This document shows positions 49,882-60,998 of a DNA stretch of 64,000 nucleotides, in pieces (the first letter of the stretch is position 1; every line of letters begins with the position of its first letter). The position numbers were made by a program, and so were the translations under genes. Below the pieces are notes generated by a model. It had not been told where the DNA came from. It saw only the letters and a program-made list of their open reading frames with translations, and did not search any database. The DNA comes from an uncultured Thermoleophilia bacterium. Lineage in GTDB: Bacteria > Actinomycetota > Thermoleophilia > UBA2241. Location of the stretch: the NCBI GenBank assembly GCA_963705205.1, contig CAVPJG010000001.1:3871-67870 (forward strand), given 5' to 3'.

Positions 49882-50741
49882 GGGGTCCGCCCCAGGTCGC
49901 GCACGAGCTCGTCCAGGGTCAAGGGCAGCGGCTCGAGCCGACGCCCGCGGGCGGCGAGCTCGAGCGCCAGGTCGCCGGCCGCAGGCAGTCCCAGCCCGAG
50001 ACGACGGACCAGGTCGCCCTCGCCGAACAGGCCACGCACGGCGCCCGCGTACACCACGGCGCCATGGTCGAGCGCGACGGCCCGGTCCGCGCCCACGACC
50101 TCATCCATCTCCTGGGTCACGTAGACCACCGCGAGGCCCTCGGCGCGCAGGCCGCGGACCGCGTCGAGGACCTCGGCGCGACCGGCGGGATCCAGCATGG
50201 CCGTGGGTTCGTCGAGCACGAGGACGCGCCGCGGCACGGCCAGGACACCGGCGAGCGCGGTCCGCTGCTTCTGCCCCCCGGAGAGCAGGTGCGGCTCCCG
50301 CTTGCGCAGCTCCGTGAGCCAGAACCGCGCCAGCATCTCGTCCACCCGCAGCCGGATTTCGGCGGGCGGCCACGCGAGGTTCTCGAGGCCGAACGCGACG
50401 TCGTCCTCGACGCACTCGGCCACCAGCTGGTTCTCGGGGTTCTGGAACAGCACGCCGACCTCGCGGCGCGCGGCCATGCGGCCGTCCTCGGTGAGAAGGT
50501 CGTGGCCGCAGGCGACGGCGGCCGCGGCGGAGGCCGCCTTCTCCAGACCGCCGAGGATGCGCGCAAGGGTGGACTTGCCGGAGCCGTTGGCGCCGACGAC
50601 GGCGACGAACTCGCCCGCGGACACCGTGAGGTCGAGCCCCGCCAGCGCGTCGAAGGACGCCCCCGGGTACCGGTAGCGGAGGTCGCGGATCTGGAGGAGC
50701 GCTTCAGGCACTTCGCTGGGGGGAGCGGCGGAGGGCGTCAT
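49878..50741 (-). CDS. ecfA1: ECF transporter ATPase A1
   Basis: GANGSGKST, FQNPENQ, VAFGLEN, LSGGQKQR, LDEPTAMLDP. Confidence 0.93.
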   Translation of the reverse strand: MTPSAAPPSEVPEALLQIRDLRYRYPGASFDALAGLDLTVSAGEFVAVVGANGSGKSTLARILGGLEKAASAAAAVACGHDLLTEDGRMAARREVGVLFQNPENQLVAECVEDDVAFGLENLAWPPAEIRLRVDEMLARFWLTELRKREPHLLSGGQKQRTALAGVLAVPRRVLVLDEPTAMLDPAGRAEVLDAVRGLRAEGLAVVYVTQEMDEVVGADRAVALDHGAVVYAGAVRGLFGEGDLVRRLGLGLPAAGDLALELAARGRRLEPLPLTLDELVRDLGRTP

Positions 50742-50845
50742 GACCGCCGAAGCTTACCGCATCGCCGGGCGCGTCCCCGGGAGCCACGTCCCGCGCTCCG
50801 GGCGGGCTGCCGACGGACGCCGTCGCCCGGCTCCGGAACGACGAA

Positions 50846-50875
50846 GGGGCGGGAGGCCCTTCGGCCGCCCGCCCC
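50846..50875 (-). terminator. Probable intrinsic terminator after rplQ
   Basis: GGGGCGGG...CCCGCCCC stem followed on the minus strand by TTCGTCGTT. Confidence 0.6.
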
Positions 50876-50902
50876 AACGTCCACCACTTCTGCGGCCGGC
50901 CG

Positions 50903-51253
50903 TCAGACCAGCTCGATGTACGCCTGCTCGCTGCCGTCGCCGGGGCGCGGCCCGAGCTTGATGATGCGCGTGTAGCCGCCGTTGCGGTCGGCGTAGCGCG
51001 GCGCCACATCGTTGAACAGCTTGTAGACGATCTTCTTGTTGCGCAGCATGGCGATCGCCTGCCGGCGGGCGTGGACGTCGCCGCGCTTGCCGAGCGTGAT
51101 GGCCTCCTCGACCATGGGGCGCACCTCTTTGGCGCGCGCCACGCCGGTCTTGACCTTCTCGTGCTCGAGCACCTGGCAGGCCAGGCCCGAGAGCAGCGAG
51201 CGACGCTGGCTCGGGGCCATGTTGAACTTACGGCCTGAGTTCTGATGGCGCAT
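50903..51253 (-). CDS. rplQ: 50S ribosomal protein L17
   Basis: MRHQ, ITLGKRGDVHARRQ, RNGGYTRIIKLGPR.GD. Confidence 0.97.
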   Translation of the reverse strand: MRHQNSGRKFNMAPSQRRSLLSGLACQVLEHEKVKTGVARAKEVRPMVEEAITLGKRGDVHARRQAIAMLRNKKIVYKLFNDVAPRYADRNGGYTRIIKLGPRPGDGSEQAYIELV

Positions 51254-51254
51254 G

Positions 51255-52202
51255 TTACTCGTCACCCCGGAGTGAGAGCCCGCGCTCGGTGAGCTTGTCC
51301 TTGACCTCGTCGATGCTCTTCTTGCCGAAGTTGGGGATGTTGAGCAGCTCGGCTTCTGTCTTGGAGACCAGGTCGCCTACGGTCTGGATGCCCTCGCGCT
51401 TGAGGCAGTTGTACGAACGGACGCCGAGCTCGAGCTCTTCGATGAGCACGTCGTCCATGCCGCCACCGGCCGGCGCGGAGGTGAGCCCCTCGATGGGGAA
51501 CTCCTCGTTACTGCGCGTGCGGTCGGGGTCGGTGAAGATCGACATCCGGTCGACGAGGATCTCGGCGGCCTCGCGAAGCGCCTCCTCGGGCATGAGGGCG
51601 CCATTCGTCGTGATGTCGAGGATGAGCTTGTCGTAGTCGGTGCGCTGGCCCACGCGGGCGCTCTCGACGTGATACGAGACGCGCTTGATCGGGCTGAAGA
51701 TGGAGTCGATCGGGATGACACCGATGACCGTCTCCGGGGTCTTGTTGCCGTCGGCGGCGACGTAGCCCGTGCCCCGCCGGATGGTGAGCATCATCTCGAT
51801 GGCGCCGCCGTCGGACAACGTCGCGATGTGGTGGTCCGGGTTGAGGATCTCGAGCTCGGCCGGGATGTCGATATCGGCAGCCACGACCTTGCCGGGCTTG
51901 TCCTTGTACAGCCGCACCTGGACCTCGTCGAGCTCGCCGTGCAGGCGGCAGACCAGTTCCTTGAGGTTGAGGATGATGTCGGTGACGTCTTCCTTCACGC
52001 CCTTGATGGTCGTGAACTCGTGCGCCACCCCCTCGATCTTGACGGAGCTGACAGCTGCGCCCTCGAGCGACGAGAGCAGGACCCGGCGCAGCGCGTTGCC
52101 GAACGTATGCCCGAAGCCGCGGTCGAGCGGTTCGACCTCGAAGCGCGCCCGGTTGCCCGCGAGCTGCTCGCGCGTGATGTTGGGCATCTGAAACTGTAGC
52201 AA
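51255..52202 (-). CDS. rpoA: RNA polymerase alpha subunit
   Basis: [42 protein letters not shown]; TTG start with AGGAGG SD. Confidence 0.98.
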   Translation of the reverse strand: MLQFQMPNITREQLAGNRARFEVEPLDRGFGHTFGNALRRVLLSSLEGAAVSSVKIEGVAHEFTTIKGVKEDVTDIILNLKELVCRLHGELDEVQVRLYKDKPGKVVAADIDIPAELEILNPDHHIATLSDGGAIEMMLTIRRGTGYVAADGNKTPETVIGVIPIDSIFSPIKRVSYHVESARVGQRTDYDKLILDITTNGALMPEEALREAAEILVDRMSIFTDPDRTRSNEEFPIEGLTSAPAGGGMDDVLIEELELGVRSYNCLKREGIQTVGDLVSKTEAELLNIPNFGKKSIDEVKDKLTERGLSLRGDE

Positions 52203-52248
52203 CTGGCCTCCTGTAGAGTCTTCGCCGCGGGTACGTTGCTGCAGCGGA

Positions 52249-52869
52249 TTACTTGGAGTACAGCTCGACGATGAGCTGCTCCTGCACCGGGGCGTCGATC
52301 TCGTCGCGCTCGGGAGCGCGCAGGACCTTGCCGGTGAGATTGTCGTGGTCGACCAGGAGCCAGGGCGACACCGACGACGTGAGGTCTGTCGCCGCGCGCA
52401 CCGTCTCGGAGGCCTTGCTGCTGGCACGGATCGCCACCACGTCGTCCGGGCGGACCTGATACGAGGGGATGTCGACCTTCTTGCCGTTCACGGTGAAGTG
52501 AGCGTGCCGCACGAGCTGACGAGCCTGACGGCGCGAGGCGCCGAAGCCGAGCCGGTAGACGACGTTATCGAGGCGCATCTCGAGCAGCCGGAGCAGGTTC
52601 TCGCCGGTGATGCCGTCCTTGCGGCTGGCCATCACGTAGTAGTGGTGGAACTGCTTCTCGAGCACCTGGTAGTAGCGGCGCGCCTTCTGCTTCTCGCGCA
52701 ACTGGAGGAGGTACTCGCTCTGCTTGATGCGGCCGCGGCCGTGCTCGCCCGGCGGGTACGCACGCCGTTCTACGGCGCACTTGTCGGTGAGGCAGCGCTC
52801 GCCCTTGAGAAAGAGCTTCTCCGACTCACGGCGACACTGCTTGCACTGCGGTGATGTATCTTTCGCCAC
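52249..52869 (-). CDS. rpsD: 30S ribosomal protein S4
   Basis: [32 protein letters not shown]. Confidence 0.98.
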   Translation of the reverse strand: MAKDTSPQCKQCRRESEKLFLKGERCLTDKCAVERRAYPPGEHGRGRIKQSEYLLQLREKQKARRYYQVLEKQFHHYYVMASRKDGITGENLLRLLEMRLDNVVYRLGFGASRRQARQLVRHAHFTVNGKKVDIPSYQVRPDDVVAIRASSKASETVRAATDLTSSVSPWLLVDHDNLTGKVLRAPERDEIDAPVQEQLIVELYSK

Positions 52870-52879
52870 GTGGACCTTC

Positions 52880-53278
52880 CTAGACCCGGCGACGCTTACG
52901 CGGGCGGCAGCCGTTGTGCGGCACCGGCGTCACGTCTTTGACACTGATGATCTCGAGGCCGGCGGCCTGCAGCGAACGCACCGCGGTCTCGCGGCCTGAG
53001 CCCGGCCCGCGCACGAAGACCTCGACCTTCTGCAGGCCGTGCTCCATGCCCTTCTTCGCGCATGACTCTGCGGTCACTTGCGCGGCGAACGGGGTGCTCT
53101 TGCGCGATCCCTTGAACCCGACCGACCCGGCACTCTCCCACGCGATGACATTGCCTTCCTTGTCGGTGAGCGTCACCTGGGTGTTGTTGAACGACGTCTT
53201 GATGTGCGCCTGGCCGACGGCGATGTTCTTGCGGACCTTGCGGCGCTGACGACCTTTGGCTCTCTGAGGCTTAGCCAC
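52880..53278 (-). CDS. rpsK: 30S ribosomal protein S11
   Basis: [27 protein letters not shown]. Confidence 0.98.
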   Translation of the reverse strand: MAKPQRAKGRQRRKVRKNIAVGQAHIKTSFNNTQVTLTDKEGNVIAWESAGSVGFKGSRKSTPFAAQVTAESCAKKGMEHGLQKVEVFVRGPGSGRETAVRSLQAAGLEIISVKDVTPVPHNGCRPRKRRRV

Positions 53279-53305
53279 TCTGCTCTACTCCTCCGCTCTC
53301 TGCGG

Positions 53306-53677
53306 TCACTTCTTGCGCTTGCCGCTGATCGTCCGCTTCGGACCCTTACGGGAGCGCGCGTTGGTGCGTGTGCGCTGCCCGTTCACCGGCATGCCGCGAC
53401 GGTGGCGGATGCCCCGGTAGCAGCCGATATCCATGAGGCGCTTGATGTTCTGCGAGCGCTCCCGCCGCAGGTCGCCCTCGACGGTGACTTCACGGTCGAT
53501 GGCGTCCCGCAGCTTGATGATCTCTTCTTCCGTCAGATCGCGCACCTTGGTGTTTGGGTCGATGCCCACTATCGCGAGTACCTTGTTGGAGGTCGAGCGG
53601 CCGATGCCGTAGATGTACGTGAGCCCGATCTCCACCCGCTTCTGCGGCGGGATGTTGACGCCTGCGATACGTGCCAT
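53306..53677 (-). CDS. rpsM: 30S ribosomal protein S13
   Basis: [19 protein letters not shown]. Confidence 0.98.
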   Translation of the reverse strand: MARIAGVNIPPQKRVEIGLTYIYGIGRSTSNKVLAIVGIDPNTKVRDLTEEEIIKLRDAIDREVTVEGDLRRERSQNIKRLMDIGCYRGIRHRRGMPVNGQRTRTNARSRKGPKRTISGKRKK

Positions 53678-53683
53678 GCGGAC

Positions 53684-53797
53684 TTACCCCTGCCTCTGAC
53701 GATGACGCGGGTTCGAGCAGATCACTTGCACCGTGCCGTGACGGCGGATGATCTTGCACTTCTCGCACATCTGCTTGACTGACGCTCTTACCTTCAT
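53684..53797 (-). CDS. rpmJ: 50S ribosomal protein L36 (Zn-binding type)
   Basis: Not in ORF track. [37 protein letters not shown]. Confidence 0.97.
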   Translation of the reverse strand: MKVRASVKQMCEKCKIIRRHGTVQVICSNPRHRQRQG

Positions 53798-53873
53798 CGG
53801 TGATCCTCGCTGGACGGGCGCGGCAGGCCTTGCGGCCGTGGCACACCGCCTCCGGGCGACTCCTGGCGAGCCG

Positions 53874-54095
53874 CTACTTGAACCGGTACGTGATCCTGCC
53901 TCTGCTGAGGTCGTAGGGCGACAGTTCGACCTTGACCCTGTCGCCGGGCAGGATGCGGATGTAGTTCATGCGCATCTTGCCCGAGATGTGGGCGAGCACC
54001 TCGTGGTTGTTGTCGAGGTGAACACGGAACATCGTGTTCGGCAGCGCTTCGACAACCTCGCCTTCGATCTCAATGGCTTCTTCTTTGTTCGCCAT
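53874..54095 (-). CDS. infA: Translation initiation factor IF-1
   Basis: [32 protein letters not shown]. Confidence 0.98.
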   Translation of the reverse strand: MANKEEAIEIEGEVVEALPNTMFRVHLDNNHEVLAHISGKMRMNYIRILPGDRVKVELSPYDLSRGRITYRFK

Positions 54096-54210
54096 ACTCC
54101 CCACTCGTCGACAGACAGCGGCCTGACATACTACCACAAACGGCGTGCCTCACAAACCACGCCGCCGGTGGGGGCGCGCCGGCCGATGCCCGCGCCCTGG
54201 TCTTCTCTGC

Positions 54211-54984
54211 CTACACTCCCGCGCCGTCCTTCTCCGAGCGGCGGCGCGTGAGCACCCGCGGCCCCTTCTTGCCCACCGCGACGGTGTGCTCGAAGTGCGC
54301 CGAGAGTGACCCGTCGGCCGTGTGGATCGCCCACCCGTCGTCGGCGAGGACGACCTCGTGGGCGCCGGCGTCCACCATCGGCTCGATGGCGAACACCATT
54401 CCTTCTTCCAGCCGCGGACCACGGCCGGGGTCACCATAGTTCGGGATCTGCGGGTCTTCGTGCATCTCCTTGCCGACGCCGTGGCCGACGAGCGAGCGCA
54501 CGACGCTGAATCCGGCCGCCTCGACGACCTCCTGCACGGCGTGTGAGATGTCGCCGAGGCGCCGGCCCTCACGGCACTCGGCGATGCCCGCTTCGAGCGA
54601 CTCGCGCGTGACGTCGAGCAGCCGCCGGGCCTCAGGCTCGACGGCGCCCATCGGCAGCGTGACGGCCGAGTCGGCGACGTAGCCATCGAGGGTCACCCCG
54701 ACGTCGATGCTGAGCAGGTCGCCCTCGGCCGCCCGGTACTTGCCGGGGATGCCGTGGACCACCATGTCGTTCGGCGACGCGCAGATCGACGCCGGGAAGC
54801 CGCGGTAGCCGAGGAACGTCGGCACACCGCGGTGCTGGCGGATGAACTTCTCCGCGACGCGGTCGAGCTCGCCCGTGGTCACGCCGGGCGCCGCCGCCTC
54901 CGTGAGCGCGTCGATGCAGTCCGCGAGGATCGCGCCGGCGGCGGCGATCTTGGCGATCTCTCCTGCCGACTTACGTACGATCAC
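54211..54984 (-). CDS. map: Methionine aminopeptidase type I
   Basis: VVHGIP, SIDVG, ADSA, VGHGVG..MHEDP, AIEPM, SAHFEHT. Confidence 0.97.
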   Translation of the reverse strand: MIVRKSAGEIAKIAAAGAILADCIDALTEAAAPGVTTGELDRVAEKFIRQHRGVPTFLGYRGFPASICASPNDMVVHGIPGKYRAAEGDLLSIDVGVTLDGYVADSAVTLPMGAVEPEARRLLDVTRESLEAGIAECREGRRLGDISHAVQEVVEAAGFSVVRSLVGHGVGKEMHEDPQIPNYGDPGRGPRLEEGMVFAIEPMVDAGAHEVVLADDGWAIHTADGSLSAHFEHTVAVGKKGPRVLTRRRSEKDGAGV

Positions 54985-55637
54985 GCAGCGAGGATCCGCT
55001 GGACCTGCTCGTAGACCTCGTCCGGCCGCTTGCCGCCGCCGAACGCGCTCTGCAGCACGCCCTTGTCGGTGTAGTAGCCGACGAGCGGAGCCGTCTGCTG
55101 CTCGTACACGGCGATGCGGTTGCGCACCGTCTCCTCGTTGTCGTCGGCGCGCTGCACCAGCTCGCCACCGTCGACGTCGCAGACGCCGTCGGCCCTGGGT
55201 GGGTCGAAGGCGACGTTGTAGATCTTGCCGCAGACCGCGCACGAGCGGCGGCCGGCGATGCGCTGCACGAGCTCCTCGGCGGGCACCTCGATGAGCACGA
55301 CGTGCGTGATGCCCCTACCCGCCTCGGCGAGCATGGCGTCGAGCGCCTCGGCCTGCGGGACCGTCCGCGGGAACCCGTCCAGCAGGAAGCCCCCGGCGGC
55401 GTCGGGCTCGGCGAGCCGGTCGCGGACGACGCCGATCACGACCTCGTCCGGCACCAGGGCGCCGCTCTCCATGTACTTCTGCGCCTCGCGGCCCATCGCG
55501 GTGCCCCTGGCCACGGCCGCGCGCAGCATCTCACCCGTGGAGATGTGCGGCAGCGCGAAGTCCGTCACGATGCGCTCGGCCTGGGTGCCCTTGCCCGCGC
55601 CGGGGCCGCCGAGAAGGATCACGTTGCGCTCGGTCAT
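54981..55637 (-). CDS. adk: Adenylate kinase (Zn-lid type)
   Basis: GGPGAGKGTQA, HISTG, LDGFPRT, CAVC...CDVD lid. Confidence 0.98.
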   Translation of the reverse strand: MTERNVILLGGPGAGKGTQAERIVTDFALPHISTGEMLRAAVARGTAMGREAQKYMESGALVPDEVVIGVVRDRLAEPDAAGGFLLDGFPRTVPQAEALDAMLAEAGRGITHVVLIEVPAEELVQRIAGRRSCAVCGKIYNVAFDPPRADGVCDVDGGELVQRADDNEETVRNRIAVYEQQTAPLVGYYTDKGVLQSAFGGGKRPDEVYEQVQRILAA

Positions 55638-55645
55638 CTCGTCAC

Positions 55646-56911
55646 CTACTTGAGGAAGCCTTCGTAGTGCCGCATGAGGAGCTGCGCTTCCATCTGCCGC
55701 ATCGTGTCGAGCGCGACGCCCACCACGATGAGCAGCGAGGTGCCGCCGAAGTAGAAGGGGACGTTGATCGGCGGCCGCGACAGCAGCCACGGCAGCACGG
55801 CCAGCGCCGCCAGGAACAGGGCGCCCGGGAACGTCAGCCGCGTGAGGATGCGGTCGAGGTACTCGGCGGTGGGACGGCCGGGACGCACGCCGGGGATGAA
55901 TCCGCCGTACTTCTTGAGGTTGTCGGCCTGGTCGATGGGGTTGAACGTCACCGCCGTGTAGAAGTACGTGAAGATGATGATGAGGATGGCCTCGCCGATG
56001 ATGTAGAGGAAGGTGCTCGGCCCGAAGGTCCGGTTGAACCACCCGCCGATGCCGTCCGTGCCCAGGAACTGCGCGAACGTCGGGATGATCATCATGACCG
56101 ACGAGGCGAAGATGACCGGGATGACGCCGGCCATGTTGACCTTGAGCGGGATGAACGTGCTCTGGCCGCCCATCATCCGGCGTCCGACCACGCGCTTGGC
56201 GTACTGCACCGGGATGCGCCGCTCACCGGTCGTGATCCAGATGACCCCCACGACCACCGCCAGGCCGATGACCAGGAACAGGACGATCGGCACCAGGTCC
56301 AGGGTGAAGAGCTGCGCAGCGCCCGACGGGATGCGCGAGACGATACTGATGAAGATGATGATCGACATGCCGTTGCCGATGCCGCGCGCGGTGATGAGCT
56401 CGCCGAGCCACATCACGATGACGGCGCCGGCCACGAGGCTGGACACGATCAGCGCGGCGCGCCACCAGTTGAGGTCGGGCAGAGCGTCGTACTGGCGGAA
56501 CAGCACGATGTAACCGAACGACTGCACCAGCGAGAGACCGACGGTGAGCCAGCGCGTGTACTTGGTGATCTGCTTCTGACCCTGTTCGCCCTCTTTGGCC
56601 AGCTCCTCGAGTTTGGGAATGACCACGGTGAGGAGCTGCATGATGATCGACGCGGTGATGTACGGCATGATGCCGAGCGCGAACACCGCCACCCGGCTCA
56701 GCGCGCCGCCGGAGAACAGGTCGAGGAAGCCGACCACGCCGGCCCCGCCCTCTTCGAAGAACTGCTTCAGCGCGTCGAGGTCGATGCCCGGCACGGGCAC
56801 GTAGGACCCGAACCGGTAGATCGCGACCATCGCCGCCGTGAAGAGGAGCTTCGTGCGAAGCTCCGGGATCTTCCAGGCGTTGGCGAGCGACTGCCAGAGC
56901 TTGTTGTTCAC
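55646..56911 (-). CDS. secY: Preprotein translocase subunit SecY
   Basis: FALGIMPYITASII, GIGNGMS, GGFIPGVRPG, GGTSLLIVVGV. Confidence 0.99.
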   Translation of the reverse strand: MNNKLWQSLANAWKIPELRTKLLFTAAMVAIYRFGSYVPVPGIDLDALKQFFEEGGAGVVGFLDLFSGGALSRVAVFALGIMPYITASIIMQLLTVVIPKLEELAKEGEQGQKQITKYTRWLTVGLSLVQSFGYIVLFRQYDALPDLNWWRAALIVSSLVAGAVIVMWLGELITARGIGNGMSIIIFISIVSRIPSGAAQLFTLDLVPIVLFLVIGLAVVVGVIWITTGERRIPVQYAKRVVGRRMMGGQSTFIPLKVNMAGVIPVIFASSVMMIIPTFAQFLGTDGIGGWFNRTFGPSTFLYIIGEAILIIIFTYFYTAVTFNPIDQADNLKKYGGFIPGVRPGRPTAEYLDRILTRLTFPGALFLAALAVLPWLLSRPPINVPFYFGGTSLLIVVGVALDTMRQMEAQLLMRHYEGFLK

Positions 56912-56930
56912 GACAACCCCCCGGGGCCGG

Positions 56931-57410
56931 TCAGAGAAGCTCGGCCTTACCGCCGGCCGCCTCGATCTTCTCGACGGCGCTGCGGGAGTACATGTGCACG
57001 CGCACGGTGAGCGCCACCGTGAGCTCGCCGCCGCCGAGGACCTTGATGGGCGTGCGGGTGTTCTTGACGATGCCCTTGGCGACGAGCGCCTCCGGGGTCA
57101 CCTCGTCGCCGGCCGCGAACGCGTTCGCAAGGCGTCCGACGTTGACCGGCACCGCGTAGGTGCGGAACGGCCCGATGGGCATGCTCTTCTTCATGTGCGG
57201 GCCGCGCAGCTTGCCGAGGCGCATGTAGAGCGGCATCTGCCCGCCCTCGTAGCCCGGACGCACGCCGCCGCCGGAGCGGGCGTTGTAGCCCTTGTGGCCC
57301 TTGCCGGCCGTCTTGCCCTGGCCGGAGCCCTTGCCGCGGCCGAGGCGCTTGGTGGCCTTGGTCGAGCCCGGGTTGGGGCGCAGGTTGTGGAGTCCCAGTT
57401 CCTCTGTCAT
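56931..57410 (-). CDS. rplO: 50S ribosomal protein L15
   Basis: RLGRG.GSG.GKTAGKGHKG, EGGQMPL. Confidence 0.98.
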   Translation of the reverse strand: MTEELGLHNLRPNPGSTKATKRLGRGKGSGQGKTAGKGHKGYNARSGGGVRPGYEGGQMPLYMRLGKLRGPHMKKSMPIGPFRTYAVPVNVGRLANAFAAGDEVTPEALVAKGIVKNTRTPIKVLGGGELTVALTVRVHMYSRSAVEKIEAAGGKAELL

Positions 57411-57411
57411 G

Positions 57412-57606
57412 TCACGACTTCTTCGCTGCAGGGCGCACCTCGACGAGGAACGCCACGTGGTTGACCATGCCGCGGATCACGGGGGTGTCCTCGTGCACCA
57501 CGGTGTGACGGATACGCTTGAGACCGAGCGCGCGGAGCGTGCCGCGGTGCTCCGGCTTACGGCCGATGGCGCTCTTGGTCTGCGTGATCTCGATGTAGTC
57601 GGCCAT
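57412..57606 (-). CDS. rpmD: 50S ribosomal protein L30
   Basis: [18 protein letters not shown]. Confidence 0.96.
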   Translation of the reverse strand: MADYIEITQTKSAIGRKPEHRGTLRALGLKRIRHTVVHEDTPVIRGMVNHVAFLVEVRPAAKKS

Positions 57607-57611
57607 CTGCC

Positions 57612-58169
57612 TCAGGCCTCCTTGACATCCGCAGCCTCGGCGGCCTCGGGCTTGCGCTGGTCGAGACCCAGCACCTGAGCGACCGAGATGCCGCGCAGGC
57701 GCGCCTGGCCCTCAGGCGTCTTGAGGGACTGCAGGCCAGCGACAGTCGCGCGCACCAGGTTGATGGGGTTGGTGGTGCCCAGCGACTTGGTGAGGATGTC
57801 GCGGACGCCGGCCAGCTCGAGCACCGCGCGGACGCCTCCGGCGGCGATGACGCCGGTACCGGGCGCCGCCGGCTTGAGCAGCACGCGGGCCGCGCCGTAG
57901 CGGCCGATCACCTGGTGCGTGGTGGTCGTGCCGTTGTAGCGCGGCACGGTGAACAGGTTCTTCTTCGCGTCCTCGATCGCCTTCTGGATCGCCAGCGGCA
58001 CCTCGCGCGCCTTGCCGTAGCCGGCGCCCACATGCCCGTTCTCGTCACCGACGACGACCAGGGCCGTGAAGGAGAACCGCCGGCCGCCCTTGACGACCTT
58101 GGCGACGCGGTTGATATCGACGACGCGCTCTTTGAGCTCGTTGCCTTCGCTGAATGATCCTCTAGCCAC
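57612..58169 (-). CDS. rpsE: 30S ribosomal protein S5
   Basis: [22 protein letters not shown]. Confidence 0.98.
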   Translation of the reverse strand: MARGSFSEGNELKERVVDINRVAKVVKGGRRFSFTALVVVGDENGHVGAGYGKAREVPLAIQKAIEDAKKNLFTVPRYNGTTTTHQVIGRYGAARVLLKPAAPGTGVIAAGGVRAVLELAGVRDILTKSLGTTNPINLVRATVAGLQSLKTPEGQARLRGISVAQVLGLDQRKPEAAEAADVKEA

Positions 58170-58187
58170 GGGGTCCTATTCTCCTTG

Positions 58188-58541
58188 TCAGAAAGCCAGG
58201 CCGCCCTCGCGGGCGCCCTCGGCGAGAGCCTTGACTCGGCCGTGATACAGATAGCCCGAGCGGTCGAACACGACCCTCTCGATGCCCTTGTCCTTGGCGC
58301 GCTGCGCAAGCAGCTCGCCGACCTTCTTCGCGACCTCGGCCTTCTTGAGACCGGAGCCGTCGACCTCGCTGGAGCGCGCGGCGACGATCGTCGCCGCGGC
58401 GGCGTCGTCGACGAGCTGGGCGTAGATCGCCTTGTTCGAGCGGAACACCGACACGCGCGGGCGCTCGATGGTGCCGCTGATGCGGCCGCGGATGCGGCGC
58501 TTGCGCCTCGCCCGGGCCTCTCTGATGCTGGTTGCGCTCAT
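58188..58541 (-). CDS. rplR: 50S ribosomal protein L18
   Basis: [26 protein letters not shown]. Confidence 0.98.
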   Translation of the reverse strand: MSATSIREARARRKRRIRGRISGTIERPRVSVFRSNKAIYAQLVDDAAAATIVAARSSEVDGSGLKKAEVAKKVGELLAQRAKDKGIERVVFDRSGYLYHGRVKALAEGAREGGLAF

Positions 58542-58572
58542 CTTCTGGTCGTTCCTCTTCTCTCAGGCAGCG

Positions 58573-59106
58573 CTAGGCGCGCTTGCCGACCTTGCGCTGG
58601 ACGTACTCGCCGGCGTACCGGATGCCCTTGCCCTTGTACGGCTCGGGCGGCCGGATGGAGCGCACCTTGGCGGCGACCTCACCGACGACCTGCTTGTCGA
58701 TGCCCCTGACGACGACCACGGTCTGCTGCGGCGTCTCGAAGGTGATGTGCTCCGGCGGCTCGATGACCACCGGGTGGCTGTACCCGACCAGCAGCTCGAG
58801 AGCGTCGCCCTTGACACTGGCGCGGTAGCCGACCCCGACGATCTCGAGACGCTTCTCGAAGCCGTCCGTGACGCCGGTCACCATGTTGGCGATGAGCGTC
58901 CGGGTGAGCCCGTGCAGCGAGCGGTGCTGACCGCTGTCCGTAGGCCGCTTGACCTGGATGACGCCGTCGCCGACCTCCACCATCATCTCGCGGGGGACCC
59001 GTTGGGTGAGCTCACCCTTGGGACCCTTCACGGTGACGACGGCGTTGTCGTACTTGAACTCCACGCTGCCGGGCAGCGGGATTGGGGCTTTTCCGATCCT
59101 CGACAT
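58573..59106 (-). CDS. rplF: 50S ribosomal protein L6
   Basis: MSRIGK, PEPYKGKGIRY. Confidence 0.98.
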   Translation of the reverse strand: MSRIGKAPIPLPGSVEFKYDNAVVTVKGPKGELTQRVPREMMVEVGDGVIQVKRPTDSGQHRSLHGLTRTLIANMVTGVTDGFEKRLEIVGVGYRASVKGDALELLVGYSHPVVIEPPEHITFETPQQTVVVVRGIDKQVVGEVAAKVRSIRPPEPYKGKGIRYAGEYVQRKVGKRA

Positions 59107-59115
59107 GTCCCGTCC

Positions 59116-59514
59116 TTACCAGATGAAGCAGATGACCTCGCCGCCGAGGCCGAGTTTCTGCGCCTCAGCGCTGGTCACGAGGCCTCGCGACGTGGAGATG
59201 ATGGCCGTGCCGAGCCCGCCGAGCACCTTGGGCAGCGTCTCCTTCTTGGCGTAGATGCGGCGCCCGGGCTTGGAGACCCGCTTGATGCCGGAGATGACGC
59301 GCTCCCGGTTCTTGCCGTACTTGAGCTCGACCACGATGACCTGGCCGTGTTCGCCCTGCTTCGTGTCGTAGCCGGCGATGTAGCCCTGCTCCGTCATGAG
59401 GCGAGCGATCTCGGCCTTCATCCTGGAGGCCGGGATCTCGACCGTGCTGTGGCGCGCGGTGCTGCCGTTACGGATGCGCGTGAGCATATCGGCGATGGGG
59501 TCCGTCATTGACAT
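59116..59514 (-). CDS. rpsH: 30S ribosomal protein S8
   Basis: [22 protein letters not shown]. Confidence 0.98.
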   Translation of the reverse strand: MSMTDPIADMLTRIRNGSTARHSTVEIPASRMKAEIARLMTEQGYIAGYDTKQGEHGQVIVVELKYGKNRERVISGIKRVSKPGRRIYAKKETLPKVLGGLGTAIISTSRGLVTSAEAQKLGLGGEVICFIW

Positions 59515-59527
59515 GGTCCTCGCCTCC

Positions 59528-59713
59528 TCACCAGCTCGACTTGGTCAGACCGGGGATGACGCCCTGGTGCGCCACTTCGCGCAGACAGATGCGGCAGAGC
59601 CCGAACTTGCGGTAGTAGGCGCGCGGACGGCCACAACGCTGGCAGCGGTTGTACTGCCGCGTCTGGTAGCGCTGCTTGCGTCCGGCTTTCACCACGAGGG
59701 ATGTCTTGGCCAT
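59528..59713 (-). CDS. rpsN: 30S ribosomal protein S14 (type Z)
   Basis: [17 protein letters not shown], 61 aa. Confidence 0.97.
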   Translation of the reverse strand: MAKTSLVVKAGRKQRYQTRQYNRCQRCGRPRAYYRKFGLCRICLREVAHQGVIPGLTKSSW

Positions 59714-59726
59714 GCTTCAGATGCTC

Positions 59727-60269
59727 CTAGTTGGAACGGAACGGCATACCCAGCTTGGCCAGCAGGGCGCGCCCTTCCTCGTCCGTCTTGGCGGTCGTCG
59801 TGATGACGACGTTGAGACCGCGGAACGTCTCCACCGAGTCGTAGTCGATCTCGGGGAAGATGGTCTGCTCGCGCACGCCCATGGCGAAGTTGCCGCGCCC
59901 GTCGAACTGGCCGGGGTCGATGCCGCGGAAGTCGCGGATACGCGGAAGGGCGATGGAGACGAGCCGGTCGATCATCTCGTACATGCGCTCGCCGCGAAGC
60001 GTGACGCGGCAGCCGATGGACATGCCCTCGCGGAGCTTGAAGCCGGCGATCGACTTGCGCGCCTTGGTGATCGCCGGCCGCTGGCCGGTGATCAGCGCCA
60101 GCTCTTCGACGGCGTCGTCGAGCAGCTTCGCGTTCGTCTTCGCCTCGCCGACGCCCATGTTGAGCGTGACCTTGGTGACGCGCGGGACTTCCATCACGTT
60201 GCGGTAGCCGAACTCGTCTTTGAGCTCGGGCACGATCTCTTTGAAGTACTTGTCCTTGAGCCTGGCCAT
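59727..60269 (-). CDS. rplE: 50S ribosomal protein L5
   Basis: [23 protein letters not shown]. Confidence 0.98.
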   Translation of the reverse strand: MARLKDKYFKEIVPELKDEFGYRNVMEVPRVTKVTLNMGVGEAKTNAKLLDDAVEELALITGQRPAITKARKSIAGFKLREGMSIGCRVTLRGERMYEMIDRLVSIALPRIRDFRGIDPGQFDGRGNFAMGVREQTIFPEIDYDSVETFRGLNVVITTTAKTDEEGRALLAKLGMPFRSN

Positions 60270-60273
60270 CTGG

Positions 60274-60609
60274 TTACGCCTTGTCGATGTCTTTGCCGCA
60301 ACTGGCGCGGCGGCACGTGCGGACCTTGCCGCCTCCCTCGGTCAACCGGTACCCGACACGGGTGGGCTGGCCGCAGGAGGGGCAGACGAGCATCACGTTG
60401 GATGCGTCGATCGGGGCTTCGCGCTCGATCACGCCACCCTGCGGGTTGGTCTTGGGATTCGGCTTGGTGTGCTTCTTCACCATGTTGAGCCGCTCGAGGA
60501 CGACGCGGTGCTTCTCCGTGTCGACGCGGCTCACCTTGGCGGTCTTCCCCGCCTCCTTGCCGCTGATGACACGCACCTGGTCGCCCTTCTTGATCTTCAT
60601 GTTGGCCAT
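60274..60609 (-). CDS. rplX: 50S ribosomal protein L24
   Basis: [21 protein letters not shown]. Confidence 0.97.
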   Translation of the reverse strand: MANMKIKKGDQVRVISGKEAGKTAKVSRVDTEKHRVVLERLNMVKKHTKPNPKTNPQGGVIEREAPIDASNVMLVCPSCGQPTRVGYRLTEGGGKVRTCRRASCGKDIDKA

Positions 60610-60977
60610 CACAGCACCTCGGGAGCGAGCGACACGATCTTCATGAAGTTCTTCTCGCGCAGCTCGCGGGCGACGGGACCGAAGATGCGGGTCCCTCGCG
60701 GGTTGTTCTGGTTGTCGATGAGGACGGCGGCGTTCTCATCGAACGCGATGTAGGTGCCGTCCTTACGACCGAACTCCTTCTTGGTGCGCACCACGACCGC
60801 GCGCACGACGTCGCCCTTCTTCACGCTGCCGCCGGGCGTGGCGACCTTGACGGTGCCGACGATGATGTCGCCGACCGTGGCGTAGCGCCGCTTCGAGCCC
60901 CCGCGGATCCGGATACAGAGGATCTCGCGTGCGCCCGTGTTGTCGGCGACTCGTAGTCTGGACTCAACCTGGATCAT
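60609..60977 (-). CDS. rplN: 50S ribosomal protein L14
   Basis: [26 protein letters not shown]. Confidence 0.99.
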   Translation of the reverse strand: MIQVESRLRVADNTGAREILCIRIRGGSKRRYATVGDIIVGTVKVATPGGSVKKGDVVRAVVVRTKKEFGRKDGTYIAFDENAAVLIDNQNNPRGTRIFGPVARELREKNFMKIVSLAPEVL

Positions 60978-60998
60978 GTGCTTCCTCTGCCGGAATTC

